From Deltaproteobacteria bacterium (GTDB lineage Bacteria; Desulfobacterota; Binatia; UBA12015), in contig JAYGCM010000087.1 of NCBI GenBank assembly GCA_046583355.1, forward strand, positions 46,988 through 110,987: DNA of 64,000 nucleotides, written 5' to 3'. Each line of letters begins with the position of its first letter. Within the stretch, counting starts at the first letter, position 1. The notes under the pieces are model-generated. The model worked only from the letters and a program-made list of their open reading frames with translations. It did no database searches and was not told where the DNA came from. Both the position numbers and the translations under genes were made by a program. Shown here in pieces: positions 34,466 to 43,909 of the stretch.

Positions 34466-36409
34466 ATGTCGGTTGGGCTGGCACCAGAGATGAAATCGGG
34501 CGTTTCGCCCGGGCTGCTTGCACGCGCCCGCGAGGCGGTTGCGCGTTCGCGCGAGTACTTCTTGCAGCGCCAGGCCGAAGAGGGCCATTGGCATTTCTCC
34601 ATGGAAGCGAATGCGACCATGGACGCCCAATATATCTTCTTCAACCGGATTTTGGGCCGCGCGATGCCGCAGGTCGAAGCTCGTCTCGGCGAGCACCTTC
34701 TGGCGACCCAGGGCGAAGATGGCGGCTGGCCTCTTTTTTACGGCGGCGCCGGACACCTCTCGGGCAGCATTGAGGCGTATTTCGCGCTCAAGCTGATCGG
34801 CCATGATGCAGAGGAGGAGCCGATGCGCCGCGCGCGCGCGTTCATCCTCGCCGGTGGTGGAGCAGCCCAAGCGCAGGTCTTCACCCGGTTCTTTCTCGCC
34901 TACTTCGGCCAATTCCCCTGGGAAGGCGTGCCCGCTTTGCCGCCGGAGGTCATGCTTCTGCCCGAGCGCTTCCGCTTCTCGATCTACAATATGTCGAGTT
35001 GGGCGCGCTCGACTGTCGTCCCTTTGCTGATCCTGGGGCAACACCGCCCGGCTGTTTCGATTCCGGCCAGCACGGGGATCGCCGAGCTTTGGGTGCGCGC
35101 TCCGCAGGCAGCGGATTACGCCTTCCCGGAAGCCGAGTCCATTTTCTCGTGGAAAAATTTCTTCGTTCAGGCCGACAAGGTCTTCCGTCTGCTTGACCGT
35201 CTGCCGGTCTCCTGGCGGGCAAGCGGGATGGAGCGGGCGCTGCATTGGGTGCTGGAGCGCCAGGATAAAAACGGTGGTTGGGCGGGCATCCAGCCGGCGA
35301 TGATCAATTCCGTTCTGGCCTTGCGCGCGATGGGTTGCGCCGCCGAACACCCGGCAGTCGTCGCCGGCATTCAGGCAATCGATGATTTCCTCGTCGAGCG
35401 CGATGGTCATCTGCTCTTCCAGCCCTGCGTCTCACCGACCTGGGATACGGCTCTGGTCGTACGTGGCCTGCTGGATGCGGGCGAGAGTCCGGATTCCGAG
35501 GTCGTGCGCTGCGCTGTGCGTTGGCTCGAAGACGCACAGATCCGCCGCAAGGGAGATTGGGCCATCAAGCGTCCCGACCTGCCGGCCGCCGGCTGGGCCT
35601 TTGAATACGCCAATGATTTCTATCCCGATGTCGATGACTCGGCCGTGATCCTGATGTCCCTCGACGCCGCCGGGCGCCGCGATACCGAGACCTTTCGGCT
35701 CGGCTTCGATTGGACCATCGGCATGCAGAGCAAAGACGGCGGCTACGGCGCCTTCGATGTCGACAACGACAATCATGTATTCAACGAGTTGCCCTTTGCC
35801 GATATGAAGGCGCAGATCGACCCGCCTACCGAGGACCTGGCCGGTCGTCTCCTGGAGCTGATGGGGCAGGTGGGCAAGGGCGCCGACGAGCCACGGGTGC
35901 GGGCCGCGCGCGCCTTCCTGCGCCGCACCCAGAAGCCCGACGGTTCCTGGTGGGGGCGCTGGGGAGTCAATTATATTTACGGTACCTGGTCGGTGCTTCT
36001 CGGACTGCGCGCGATCGGTGCGCCGGCCGATCAAGATATGATGGCACGCGCGACGGCATGGTTGCGCTCAGTGCAGAACGAAGACGGCGGCTTTGGCGAG
36101 ACTTGCGCCAGCTACGCCGATGCCGGCCTGAGCGCGCAAGGTACGAGCACGGCCTCGCAGACCGCGTGGGCCTTGATGGGTCTGGTCAGTGGTGATGGCC
36201 GCACCAGCCGCGAACTCGAAGATGCGGCCGATTACCTGTGCCGGATGCAGGAAGCCGATGGAAGTTGGGCGGAGGCGGAGTTCACGGGAACCGGTTTCCC
36301 GAACCATTTCTATCTTCGCTACGACGGCTATCGCTGCATTTTTCCGTTGATGGCATTGGCGCGCTTCGTTTCATTGGCTGAAGGTGGCGGAGGCAGGGAA
36401 GAGGGATGA
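34466..36409 (+). CDS. shc: squalene-hopene cyclase
   Basis: Multiple QW repeats (GGWG..Q, DGSWWGRWG). The protonating DxDD motif is DVDDSAVILMSL. GGAGGAG Shine-Dalgarno precedes the ATG at 34466. Confidence 0.95.
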   Translation: MSVGLAPEMKSGVSPGLLARAREAVARSREYFLQRQAEEGHWHFSMEANATMDAQYIFFNRILGRAMPQVEARLGEHLLATQGEDGGWPLFYGGAGHLSGSIEAYFALKLIGHDAEEEPMRRARAFILAGGGAAQAQVFTRFFLAYFGQFPWEGVPALPPEVMLLPERFRFSIYNMSSWARSTVVPLLILGQHRPAVSIPASTGIAELWVRAPQAADYAFPEAESIFSWKNFFVQADKVFRLLDRLPVSWRASGMERALHWVLERQDKNGGWAGIQPAMINSVLALRAMGCAAEHPAVVAGIQAIDDFLVERDGHLLFQPCVSPTWDTALVVRGLLDAGESPDSEVVRCAVRWLEDAQIRRKGDWAIKRPDLPAAGWAFEYANDFYPDVDDSAVILMSLDAAGRRDTETFRLGFDWTIGMQSKDGGYGAFDVDNDNHVFNELPFADMKAQIDPPTEDLAGRLLELMGQVGKGADEPRVRAARAFLRRTQKPDGSWWGRWGVNYIYGTWSVLLGLRAIGAPADQDMMARATAWLRSVQNEDGGFGETCASYADAGLSAQGTSTASQTAWALMGLVSGDGRTSRELEDAADYLCRMQEADGSWAEAEFTGTGFPNHFYLRYDGYRCIFPLMALARFVSLAEGGGGREEG

Positions 36410-37701
36410 GTATGACGAAGAAGGTCGGGATCGATCGAATTGGTGTTTATGTGCCGGGCGAGGTGCTGGCGGCGGAGAAGCTGGCCGAGGCGCGCGATAC
36501 GCCGGTGGCGAAGCTGAAGGCTGGACTCGGCATGCACGAGATGGCGGTTGTGCCGCCTTGGGAAGATACCGTCTCGCTGGCCGCCAACGCGGGCCTGCGC
36601 GCCCTGGGCAGCGACGTTTCCCCCGACGAAATCGGCCTTTGTATCGTCGGTACGGAATCGGGAATCGATCATTCCAAGGCCTCAGCGATCTTCGTTCACG
36701 AGTTGCTCGGCCTGCCGAGTACCTGCCGTACCTATGAAGTGAAACACGCCTGCTATGGCGGCACGGCCGCTCTCCAAACCGCATGTGATTGGATCGCCTC
36801 GGGTTCGGCACGGGGACGCAAGGCGTTGGTGATTGCGACCGATATCGCGAAATACCCGCCGCATTCCGCCGGCGAACCGACGCAGGGCGCGGGCGCGGTG
36901 GCGATGGTGGTCGCGGCCGATCCGACTATTGTCGAGTTGGATCGCCGCAGCATCGGCGTATTCGCAGGCCAGGTGCATGATTTCTGGCGGCCGCTCGATA
37001 TGGCTCAGGCGCTGGTCGACGGAAAATATTCGCTCGATTGTTATCTCGATGCGCTCGCCGGAGCCTTCGCGGACTACCGTGGGCAGATCGAGGCCGCCGG
37101 CGAGTTGCCGCAGGGCGAGCATGTCGTTCTCGATGGCTTCGCCCGCTTTCTCTACCACACGCCTTTTCCCAAGATGGCGTGGAAGGCACATGCGATGCTG
37201 GCGCCGAAAGATTGGCAATCGAATGCCGCGCGCGCAGAGCGGCTGGGCGAAGACCTCTCGGCCGCCGTCAAGGCCGATTATGACGAGCGCGTCGATGGCA
37301 CGCTCTGGGCCTCGCGACGGATCGGCAATACCTACACGGCGTCCATGTATTTCGGGCTGGCCGCGACTTTGGAGCGGGAGGCGGCGGCGCTTGTCGGTAA
37401 GGATCTGGCCTTCTTCTCCTACGGCAGCGGCTGTTGTTCGGAATTTTTCACCGGGCGCGTGCTGCCGGGTGCGGTAAGCGAGGCCGAGGGTTTCGGTCTT
37501 GAAGCGATGCTGGATGCACGCCGCCAGGTCGAGATCGAGGAATACGAGCGCCACCATGCCGAGGCCGGCCTACGCGGCGCCGAGTCGCCTGAGGTGCCGC
37601 CGGCTGATTTTGTCGGTCCCTTCTTCTACGCCGGGACGGTTGACGATAAGCGCATATACCAGCGCGCCGCCGCAGGGGCGCTGGTGGCAAAGGCCGGCTG
37701 A
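36406..37701 (+). CDS. hydroxymethylglutaryl-CoA synthase homologue (MvaS-like), translationally coupled to shc
   Basis: ATGA overlap with the shc stop. Near-identical HMGS motifs: GIDRIGVYVPG, VGTESGIDHSKASAI, catalytic Cys in HACYGGTAALQ, IATDIAKYPPHSAGEPTQGAGAVAMVVA, DFWRP, ASRRIGNTYTASMYFGL and FSYGSGCCSEFFTG. Confidence 0.9.
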   Translation: MSMTKKVGIDRIGVYVPGEVLAAEKLAEARDTPVAKLKAGLGMHEMAVVPPWEDTVSLAANAGLRALGSDVSPDEIGLCIVGTESGIDHSKASAIFVHELLGLPSTCRTYEVKHACYGGTAALQTACDWIASGSARGRKALVIATDIAKYPPHSAGEPTQGAGAVAMVVAADPTIVELDRRSIGVFAGQVHDFWRPLDMAQALVDGKYSLDCYLDALAGAFADYRGQIEAAGELPQGEHVVLDGFARFLYHTPFPKMAWKAHAMLAPKDWQSNAARAERLGEDLSAAVKADYDERVDGTLWASRRIGNTYTASMYFGLAATLEREAAALVGKDLAFFSYGSGCCSEFFTGRVLPGAVSEAEGFGLEAMLDARRQVEIEEYERHHAEAGLRGAESPEVPPADFVGPFFYAGTVDDKRIYQRAAAGALVAKAG

Positions 37702-37705
37702 GATC

Positions 37706-38599
37706 ATGGACGAGCTTCGCGCGGCCTATGCAGAATGTGAGAAGATCGCCTCTTCGCATTACGAGAATTTCCGCATCGGCTCCCGGCTTCTGCCGGCGGC
37801 TGAGAGGCGGCATCTCGCTGCACTCTACGCGTTCGCGCGCGGCGCGGACGATATCGCCGACGAGCCGGATACCCCCACCGACCGCATCGGCGCGCTCGAC
37901 CGCTGGGAAGATGATCTCGACCGCGCCCTGGCCGGCGAGAGTGTGGCGCCGGTTTTTGTGGCGACGGCACATACGATTGAGGAATGCGGCCTTGAGGTGG
38001 CCGAGCTGCGCAAGCTTATGCGGGCCTTTCGCTACGATGCGGATTTTCAAACCTACCGCGATTTTGCGGCGCTGCGGGCTTATTGCCGCGACTCCGCATG
38101 TCCCGTTGGCCGCCTCGTGCTCGGCCTTTTTGGCGTGCGCAACGTCGAGGCCGATGCGCTCTCGGACGAAGTCTGCACCGGCCTGCAATTGGTGAATTTC
38201 TGGCAGGATCTCTCGGTCGACCTGCTGCGCGGCCGCAGCACGCTGCCGGTGGCCGACCTCGACGCCCACCCGGGAGCGCGGGTCGCCATCGAGCGCGGCG
38301 AGGTGAACCCGGCCTTCCGCTCCCTGATGGAGTTGGAGATCGAACGCGCACGCCGCTCCCTGCAATGCGGCACCGAGTTGGCGGCACTTCTGCCGCGGCG
38401 CGCCGCTTTTGAGATCCGCTGCTTTGCGGGCGGCGGACTCGCCATCCTGGCCAAGGTCGAGGCCGGAATTGACGACCTCCTGCGGGTGCGCCCCAGGCTG
38501 GGCGCGCTCGCACGGGTTCAGATCTTCGCCTCGGCTCTGCGGCCAAAGGCGCCTGCTCGCGGCACTGAGGCGGCGCTCGCGGAGGTGATACGATGTTGA
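37706..38599 (+). CDS. hpnC: squalene/phytoene-synthase-family enzyme, HpnC-like (hydroxysqualene synthase)
   Basis: Asp-rich motifs YAFARGADDIADE and NFWQDLSVDLLRGR. Assigned by position as the first of the two tandem synthase paralogs in the conserved hpnC-hpnD-hpnE order. Which paralog is C and which is D cannot be resolved by eye. Confidence 0.75.
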   Translation: MDELRAAYAECEKIASSHYENFRIGSRLLPAAERRHLAALYAFARGADDIADEPDTPTDRIGALDRWEDDLDRALAGESVAPVFVATAHTIEECGLEVAELRKLMRAFRYDADFQTYRDFAALRAYCRDSACPVGRLVLGLFGVRNVEADALSDEVCTGLQLVNFWQDLSVDLLRGRSTLPVADLDAHPGARVAIERGEVNPAFRSLMELEIERARRSLQCGTELAALLPRRAAFEIRCFAGGGLAILAKVEAGIDDLLRVRPRLGALARVQIFASALRPKAPARGTEAALAEVIRC

Positions 38600-39489
38600 A
38601 CTCTTCAGAAGCCCAATTCTCTCTGGGCGGGGCGGCCGCGCTCGAATCGGATCTCGGCGTCTGCCGTGAGGTCTTGCGGCAGAGCCAATCCAGCTTTCGC
38701 TTCGCCTTCCTGCTCTTGCCCCGTGCGGAGCGTGACGCGCTCTCGGCGGTCTACGCCTTTTGCCGCGCCGCCGATGATATCGCCGACGATGCGGGTGCTA
38801 CCAGCCCGCAAGATAGGCTCGATGCATGGCGCCGCGAGATCGACCGGGTCTTCGCCGGGCGCCCCGCGCACGCGATTGGCCGCGCGCTTGCCTGGGCGAT
38901 CGATTCGTTTGCTTTGCTGCGCCACCCCTTCGACGACCTCATCGACGGTGTGGTCACGGATCTGAGCGTGAGTCGCTACGAGACTACGGAGGACCTGGAG
39001 AAATATTGCTACCAGGTTGCCTCGACGGTCGGTCTGCTCTGTGTGCGAATCTTCGGCGCACCGGCGGGTGTGGCAGATGCGTATGCCACCGAATTGGGCA
39101 AGGCCTTTCAGTTGACGAATATCCTTCGCGATATCGGCGAGGATGCCGGCCGCGGACGGATCTACCTGCCGCAGGAGAATCTCCGCCTTGTGGGTTGCTC
39201 CGAGGAGTCGATTCTCGAGGGGCGCGAGACGCCGGCGCTGGGTCGTCTGGTGGAGTTGGAGGTCGCGCGCGCGCGGTGGCTTTATGCACGCGCCGCGGAG
39301 TTGCAGCCGGAGGATCCGGAGATCCGGCGTCGGCTCAAATCTGCCGAGGCGATGCGCGCGGTGTATTCGGCATTGCTGGACCGAGTGGAATTGGCCGGTG
39401 CGGCCGTGATTCACCAACCGGTCCGCGTATCGAAGCCGGGCCGGGCCTGGCGTGCTGCCTGGACGTGGCTCAACCCGGCGGGTTCGTGA
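38593..39489 (+). CDS. hpnD: squalene/phytoene-synthase-family enzyme, HpnD-like (presqualene diphosphate synthase)
   Basis: YAFCRAADDIADD and NILRDIGEDAGRGRIYLP motifs. GGAGGTG Shine-Dalgarno. 7-nt overlap with the preceding gene. Confidence 0.75.
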   Translation: MLNSSEAQFSLGGAAALESDLGVCREVLRQSQSSFRFAFLLLPRAERDALSAVYAFCRAADDIADDAGATSPQDRLDAWRREIDRVFAGRPAHAIGRALAWAIDSFALLRHPFDDLIDGVVTDLSVSRYETTEDLEKYCYQVASTVGLLCVRIFGAPAGVADAYATELGKAFQLTNILRDIGEDAGRGRIYLPQENLRLVGCSEESILEGRETPALGRLVELEVARARWLYARAAELQPEDPEIRRRLKSAEAMRAVYSALLDRVELAGAAVIHQPVRVSKPGRAWRAAWTWLNPAGS

Positions 39490-40868
39490 ACCCTGACGCG
39501 GCGGCAATCGTGGTCGGCGGCGGGGTTGCCGGTATTGCGGCCGCACTTCATTTGGCGGACGCGGGTCTGCGTGTCGCATTGGTCGAGCGACGGCCTTTTC
39601 TTGGTGGTCGCGCCTTCTCGTTTTCGGATAAAAACTCCGGCATGTCCTTTGATAACGGCCAGCATGCCCTGCTCGGCTGCTACCATGAGATGATCGCTTT
39701 TCTCACCCGGATCGGTGCGGCCGATAGGCTTTATCGCCAACGCGGGATTGAGGTCGAATTGCGCGAAGCCGGCGGCCGGGCCTTTCTCGCGGCGGGTCGC
39801 GCTCCGGCGCCCTTCCATCTCGGTCGTGCCTTGCTCTCCTTCACCTTGCTTACGCCGCGCGAGCGCCTGCGTGCGGCGCGGGGAGCGCTCTCGTTGGTGC
39901 GTCGCGCGCATGGCGCCCCAGTCGCGTTGGCAGGCGAGACGGTTGAAGAGGCGCTTGTCGTAGCGGGGCAGAGTGCCCGAATCCGCGAGGTGCTTTGGTA
40001 CCCGCTTGCGCTCGCCGCACTCAATGATGACCCACGCATTGCGTCGGCCACGCTTTTTGCTGCCGTGATCGAACGAGCCTTCTTCGGTCGCGCCGCCGAC
40101 GCCGCGATCGTCCTGCCGGCGGTGCCACTCTCGGAACTCATCGCCGAGCCCGCTCGAATAGCGCTGGCACGCGCTGGCGTCGAATTGGTGACGGGCGGCA
40201 ATGCCACCGCCATTACGCTCGCAGCGGATGGTTCTGTCTCTGGTCTGCGCTGCAAGGACGGTAGTGAGCGCGGCGCCGCCGCCATCGTCCTGACGCTCAC
40301 GCCGTCGCAACTGGCCGGCTTGCAGATCGGTGCCCTCGCGGCGCCCGACGCACTCGGCGGTCTGCCCGACGCCTTATTCGAGACCGCACCGATCGTCTCG
40401 GTGCATGTGCCGCTGCCGGCACCGGCCGCCTTGCCTGCTGTCACCGGCTTGCTCGGCACGACCACACAATGGGTCTTCAATGCCGATTGCATCCGGCGTG
40501 ATCGTACGGGCCCCGGCGGGCTCCTCTCGTGTGTGATCAGTGGCGCGCGTGGGCTTGCGGGCGTAGCTGACCGCGAGGTGGCGCGTCTGGTCGAGCAGGA
40601 ATTGCATGATTTACTTCCCGAAGTGGAGGGAATTTCGGCCGGGGATATGCATATTGTCCGCGAGCTTCATGCGACCATGGCGCCGACCATCGCCGCCCAC
40701 GCCGCGCGTCCGCCGGTCGAGACGCGGGTCGCGGGGCTTTTCCTCGCCGGCGATTGGGTGCAGACGGGCCTGCCCGCCACCTTGGAGAGTGCGGCGCTCA
40801 GCGGCCGGCTCGCCGCCGAAGCTTGCTGCCGGCAAGGGCGCGTGCACGCGGCGACCAGGGCAGCATGA
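39486..40868 (+). CDS. hpnE: FAD-dependent amine-oxidase-family hydroxysqualene dehydroxylase
   Basis: The GTG start overlaps the hpnD stop (GTGA). N-terminal FAD-binding motif IVVGGGVAGIAAALHLADAGLRVALVERRPFLGGRA. Position follows hpnD. Confidence 0.85.
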   Translation: MNPDAAAIVVGGGVAGIAAALHLADAGLRVALVERRPFLGGRAFSFSDKNSGMSFDNGQHALLGCYHEMIAFLTRIGAADRLYRQRGIEVELREAGGRAFLAAGRAPAPFHLGRALLSFTLLTPRERLRAARGALSLVRRAHGAPVALAGETVEEALVVAGQSARIREVLWYPLALAALNDDPRIASATLFAAVIERAFFGRAADAAIVLPAVPLSELIAEPARIALARAGVELVTGGNATAITLAADGSVSGLRCKDGSERGAAAIVLTLTPSQLAGLQIGALAAPDALGGLPDALFETAPIVSVHVPLPAPAALPAVTGLLGTTTQWVFNADCIRRDRTGPGGLLSCVISGARGLAGVADREVARLVEQELHDLLPEVEGISAGDMHIVRELHATMAPTIAAHAARPPVETRVAGLFLAGDWVQTGLPATLESAALSGRLAAEACCRQGRVHAATRAA

Positions 40869-42046
40869 GTTTGCCTCTGGCGGTCGCCGGGCTCTCGCTT
40901 GCGGCCTGGGTTTATCTGACTTTTTTTCATGGTCGGTTCTGGGTGGGCGATCAGCGGCTTGCGGGCAGCGATATCGCGCCAGCCGTCTGGCCGCATCTGC
41001 TCGCGGTCGTGCCGGCGCGCGACGAAGCCGAGGTGATCGAGCGCTCGTTGCTTTCGCTTTTGCAGCAGGATTATCCCGGGCGCCTGACGATCGTGCTGGC
41101 CGACGATGAGAGCAGCGACGATACGAGCGCGCGCGCCACGGCGCTGGCGCGGCGATTGGGCTGCGAGGAGCGCTTGCGCGTGGTTGCCACACCGCCGCGC
41201 CCGGCAGGCTGGGTCGGCAAGATGTGGGCTTTGCAGACCGGTGTGGTCGAGGCCGCGGCAATTGATGGCGACGCCCCGTGGCTGCTCTTCACCGATGCCG
41301 ATATCGAACATTCACCCGGCAATCTGCGCCGCCTGGTGGCGCGCGCCGAGGCCGGTGGTTTGATGCTCCTCTCGCTGATGGTGCGGCTCGAAGCCGACCG
41401 GGGCCTGGGGCGATTGCTGGTTCCGGCATTCGTCTATTTCTTCCAGAAGCTCTACCCCTTTGCGTTGGTCAATGACCCGGGCTCCAAGGTCGCGGCTGCC
41501 GCTGGCGGCTGTCTCTTGCTGCGCCGCGAGGCGCTCGCGCGTGCCGGTGGTGTCGCGCGGCTACGCGGCGAGGTCATCGACGATTGTGCCTTTGGTCGGA
41601 TCATGAAGGAGCAGGGCCCGATCTGGCTCGGGCTGACCGCAAGCGAGCGCAGTATCCGTTCCTATATGGGGCTGGCCGATGTCTGGAAGATGGTCGCGCG
41701 CAGCGCCTTTACCCAACTGCAATATTCCTGGCTACTGCTTGCCGGCACGATGCTCGGCCTTGGGTTGCTCTATCTCGTGCCGCCTATGGCTACGGTCGCG
41801 GGCCTGGTCGAGTCCTCGCCCGCGCTTTTCTTTGCCGGGCTGGCGAGTTGGTTGTTGATGGCCGCGACCTTCGTTCCAACACTCACGCTATACGGCGGCA
41901 GCCCGCTCCTGGCGCTCGCCCTGCCGCTGGCCGGAACTCTTTATGCTGCGATGACCTTGGACTCGGCGCGCCGCCACTATCAGGGCCGCGGCGCCTATTG
42001 GAAGGGGCGCTCGGCCGCGCCGTCTGTTGACGGCACGGGCTTGTAG
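40865..42046 (+). CDS. GT2-family glycosyltransferase, hopanoid-associated (HpnB/HpnI-like)
   Basis: ATGA overlap with the hpnE stop. N-terminal TM helix followed by GT-A features (AVVPARDEAEVIERSL...TIVLADDESSDDT, DxD-like DADIEHS). C-terminal TM helices are present. Confidence 0.7.
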   Translation: MSLPLAVAGLSLAAWVYLTFFHGRFWVGDQRLAGSDIAPAVWPHLLAVVPARDEAEVIERSLLSLLQQDYPGRLTIVLADDESSDDTSARATALARRLGCEERLRVVATPPRPAGWVGKMWALQTGVVEAAAIDGDAPWLLFTDADIEHSPGNLRRLVARAEAGGLMLLSLMVRLEADRGLGRLLVPAFVYFFQKLYPFALVNDPGSKVAAAAGGCLLLRREALARAGGVARLRGEVIDDCAFGRIMKEQGPIWLGLTASERSIRSYMGLADVWKMVARSAFTQLQYSWLLLAGTMLGLGLLYLVPPMATVAGLVESSPALFFAGLASWLLMAATFVPTLTLYGGSPLLALALPLAGTLYAAMTLDSARRHYQGRGAYWKGRSAAPSVDGTGL

Positions 42047-42057
42047 AGGCCGGACCT

Positions 42058-43095
42058 CTAGCCGTCGACGCCGACCGGGCGGCCGCCTGGTCGCGGGCCA
42101 AATTGGTAGCGGGCCATTTTCCATAGGTCCGCGGCGCTCGAGCCGAGGTGGCGGACCACGCTGGGCTCGAAGCCGGAGTGCATCTTGCAGTTCTGACAGC
42201 GATCGTCCTGCCGGCTCTCCCAGTAATCCCAATTGACGCCGGTCCAGAACTCGTCCCAGGTCGGGTAGAATTTCTCGCCGATGAGGTAGCACGGCCCGCG
42301 CCAGCCCATTGGCGTGCGGGTGGGGTTGCCCCATGGCGTACAGGGGTAGTCGCGCAGGCCGGCGGCAAATTCGAGGAAAAGGGGCGTAGATGAGATGGCG
42401 TAGGATTTGGCGAGCTGGATGACGCGCTTGAATTTGCGCTCGATTTCGTCGCGGAACATGAAATGTTCGTCCGCGCCTTCGATCGCCTGGTAATGGTAGC
42501 CGGGAGAAACCAGCATGCCTTGGACGCCCATCGGCGTGAGCAGAGCGGCCATTTCTTCGAGTTCCTCAAGGCTGGTCTCGCGATAGACCGTCGTATTGGT
42601 CGAGACGGCGTAGCCGCGACGCAGGCCCTCCTTGATCTGCTCGATTGCGGTATCGAAGACGCCCTCGCGCCGGCAGACCATATCGTGGGTCTCGCGCATG
42701 CCGTCAAGGTGGACATTGATCAACAGGCGTTTATGCGGCTTCATTTTCGCGTAGAAGCTCTCGAGTTCGATCCCGTTGGTGCAGAGGATGACCTGCTTCT
42801 TGCGCGCGATGCAGCCCTCGATCAGTTCGACGATTTCGGGGTAGAGCGTGGGTTCGCCGCCGCAGATCGAGACCACCGGCGCGCCGCAATCGTCGACCGA
42901 TTGCAGGCAATCTTCCACCGAGAGGCGGTCTTTGAGCTTGCCGGTATGGCGCTCAGGCGTGCAGCCGATGCAGGCGAGATTGCAGGTATAGAGCGGCTCC
43001 AGCATGAGTACGATGGGGTAGCGTTTGTTGCCCGCAACCTTGTTCTGGAATTGCCATTTCGCCATATCCGTGGCGACGTGCAGCGGAAATCTCAT
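42058..43095 (-). CDS. hpnH: adenosylhopane synthase, radical SAM
   Basis: MRFPLHVATDMAKWQFQNKVAGNKRYPIVLMLEPLYTCNLACIGCTP carries the CxxxCxxC-type radical-SAM cluster motif in the HpnH context. ATG at 43095 has a GAGGAGGAG Shine-Dalgarno. The 300-aa Arg/Pro-rich N-terminal extension in the ORF track is spurious. Confidence 0.9.
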   Translation of the reverse strand: MRFPLHVATDMAKWQFQNKVAGNKRYPIVLMLEPLYTCNLACIGCTPERHTGKLKDRLSVEDCLQSVDDCGAPVVSICGGEPTLYPEIVELIEGCIARKKQVILCTNGIELESFYAKMKPHKRLLINVHLDGMRETHDMVCRREGVFDTAIEQIKEGLRRGYAVSTNTTVYRETSLEELEEMAALLTPMGVQGMLVSPGYHYQAIEGADEHFMFRDEIERKFKRVIQLAKSYAISSTPLFLEFAAGLRDYPCTPWGNPTRTPMGWRGPCYLIGEKFYPTWDEFWTGVNWDYWESRQDDRCQNCKMHSGFEPSVVRHLGSSAADLWKMARYQFGPRPGGRPVGVDG

Positions 43096-43145
43096 CCTGT
43101 TCTCCTCCTCGAAGATGCTTGTCGGCGCAAGCGCTGACCGGGAGG

Positions 43146-43886
43146 TCAGTAGCCCGCGCTGAGGGTTCTGGCAAGCGCGGGAACCAATACACCATGCGCT
43201 GCCTGCAAGCGTTTTAGCGCGCGTCTCGTGCCCAGCGCCAGGCCGATCAGATTGCGCAGCCGGCGCGGCCGTAGGAGGGCTCCGCCGGCCAGTCGGATCT
43301 GGGTTGCGAGTTTTTCCGGGTCGGCCGAACCGAGGTCCGGCAGGGTATCGCGGGCGCCGTCGGCGATGCCGCGTAGGGCGAGTGCGGGGATATCGCAGGC
43401 GGCGGCCGCCGCCAGCAGCGGGCCGCTTTCCATATCCACCGCAATCGCGCCGGTTGCCGCAGCGAGTGCGGCTTTGTCGCGCGGGCGGGTGATCGGAGCA
43501 TCGACGGTGACCAGGATTCCGGTGGTCGTGGAGATCCGGGCGCCGCCAATCGACGAGCGCGCAGTTGCCAGCAGGCCGGGGGCGGGGTGCATCGACGGCG
43601 CTTCTGCGGCGGCGCCGTTGCGGACCTCGTGGGCGAGGATCAGTGCGCCTGGGCGGATGGCGCCGGAGAGGGCGCCTGCCAGTCCCGTGGCTACGAGGGC
43701 GCGTGGTTCGGCGGCCAGCAAGAGGGGCGCCGCCCGTGCCGCGTTCTCGGGTCCGATGCCGGTCTTTACGATCCAGGTCGGCACGTCGCCGACGAGCCCG
43801 CGGTACCCCTGGAGGCCGCCGGTCTCGAACGCGCGGGCATCGTCCAGGATGCCGCGTAAAGCACGGCATTCGAGGTCGAGGGCCAT
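43146..43886 (-). CDS. hpnG: adenosylhopane nucleosidase (PNP/MTA-nucleosidase fold)
   Basis: PNP_UDP_1-fold motifs GIGPENAARAA...ATGLAGAL...GAIAVDMESGPL. Located immediately upstream of hpnH on the same strand. Confidence 0.85.
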   Translation of the reverse strand: MALDLECRALRGILDDARAFETGGLQGYRGLVGDVPTWIVKTGIGPENAARAAPLLLAAEPRALVATGLAGALSGAIRPGALILAHEVRNGAAAEAPSMHPAPGLLATARSSIGGARISTTTGILVTVDAPITRPRDKAALAAATGAIAVDMESGPLLAAAAACDIPALALRGIADGARDTLPDLGSADPEKLATQIRLAGGALLRPRRLRNLIGLALGTRRALKRLQAAHGVLVPALARTLSAGY

Positions 43887-43909
43887 GGCCAGAATGATGG
43901 TCGGATTGT

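Noticed and set aside
38826-39485. ORF-track N-terminal extension of hpnE (starting 38826) overlapping all of hpnD
   Set aside because: The FAD-binding GxGxxG begins right after the GTG at 39486, which overlaps the hpnD stop. The upstream extension is an Arg/Pro-rich out-of-frame reading of hpnD.
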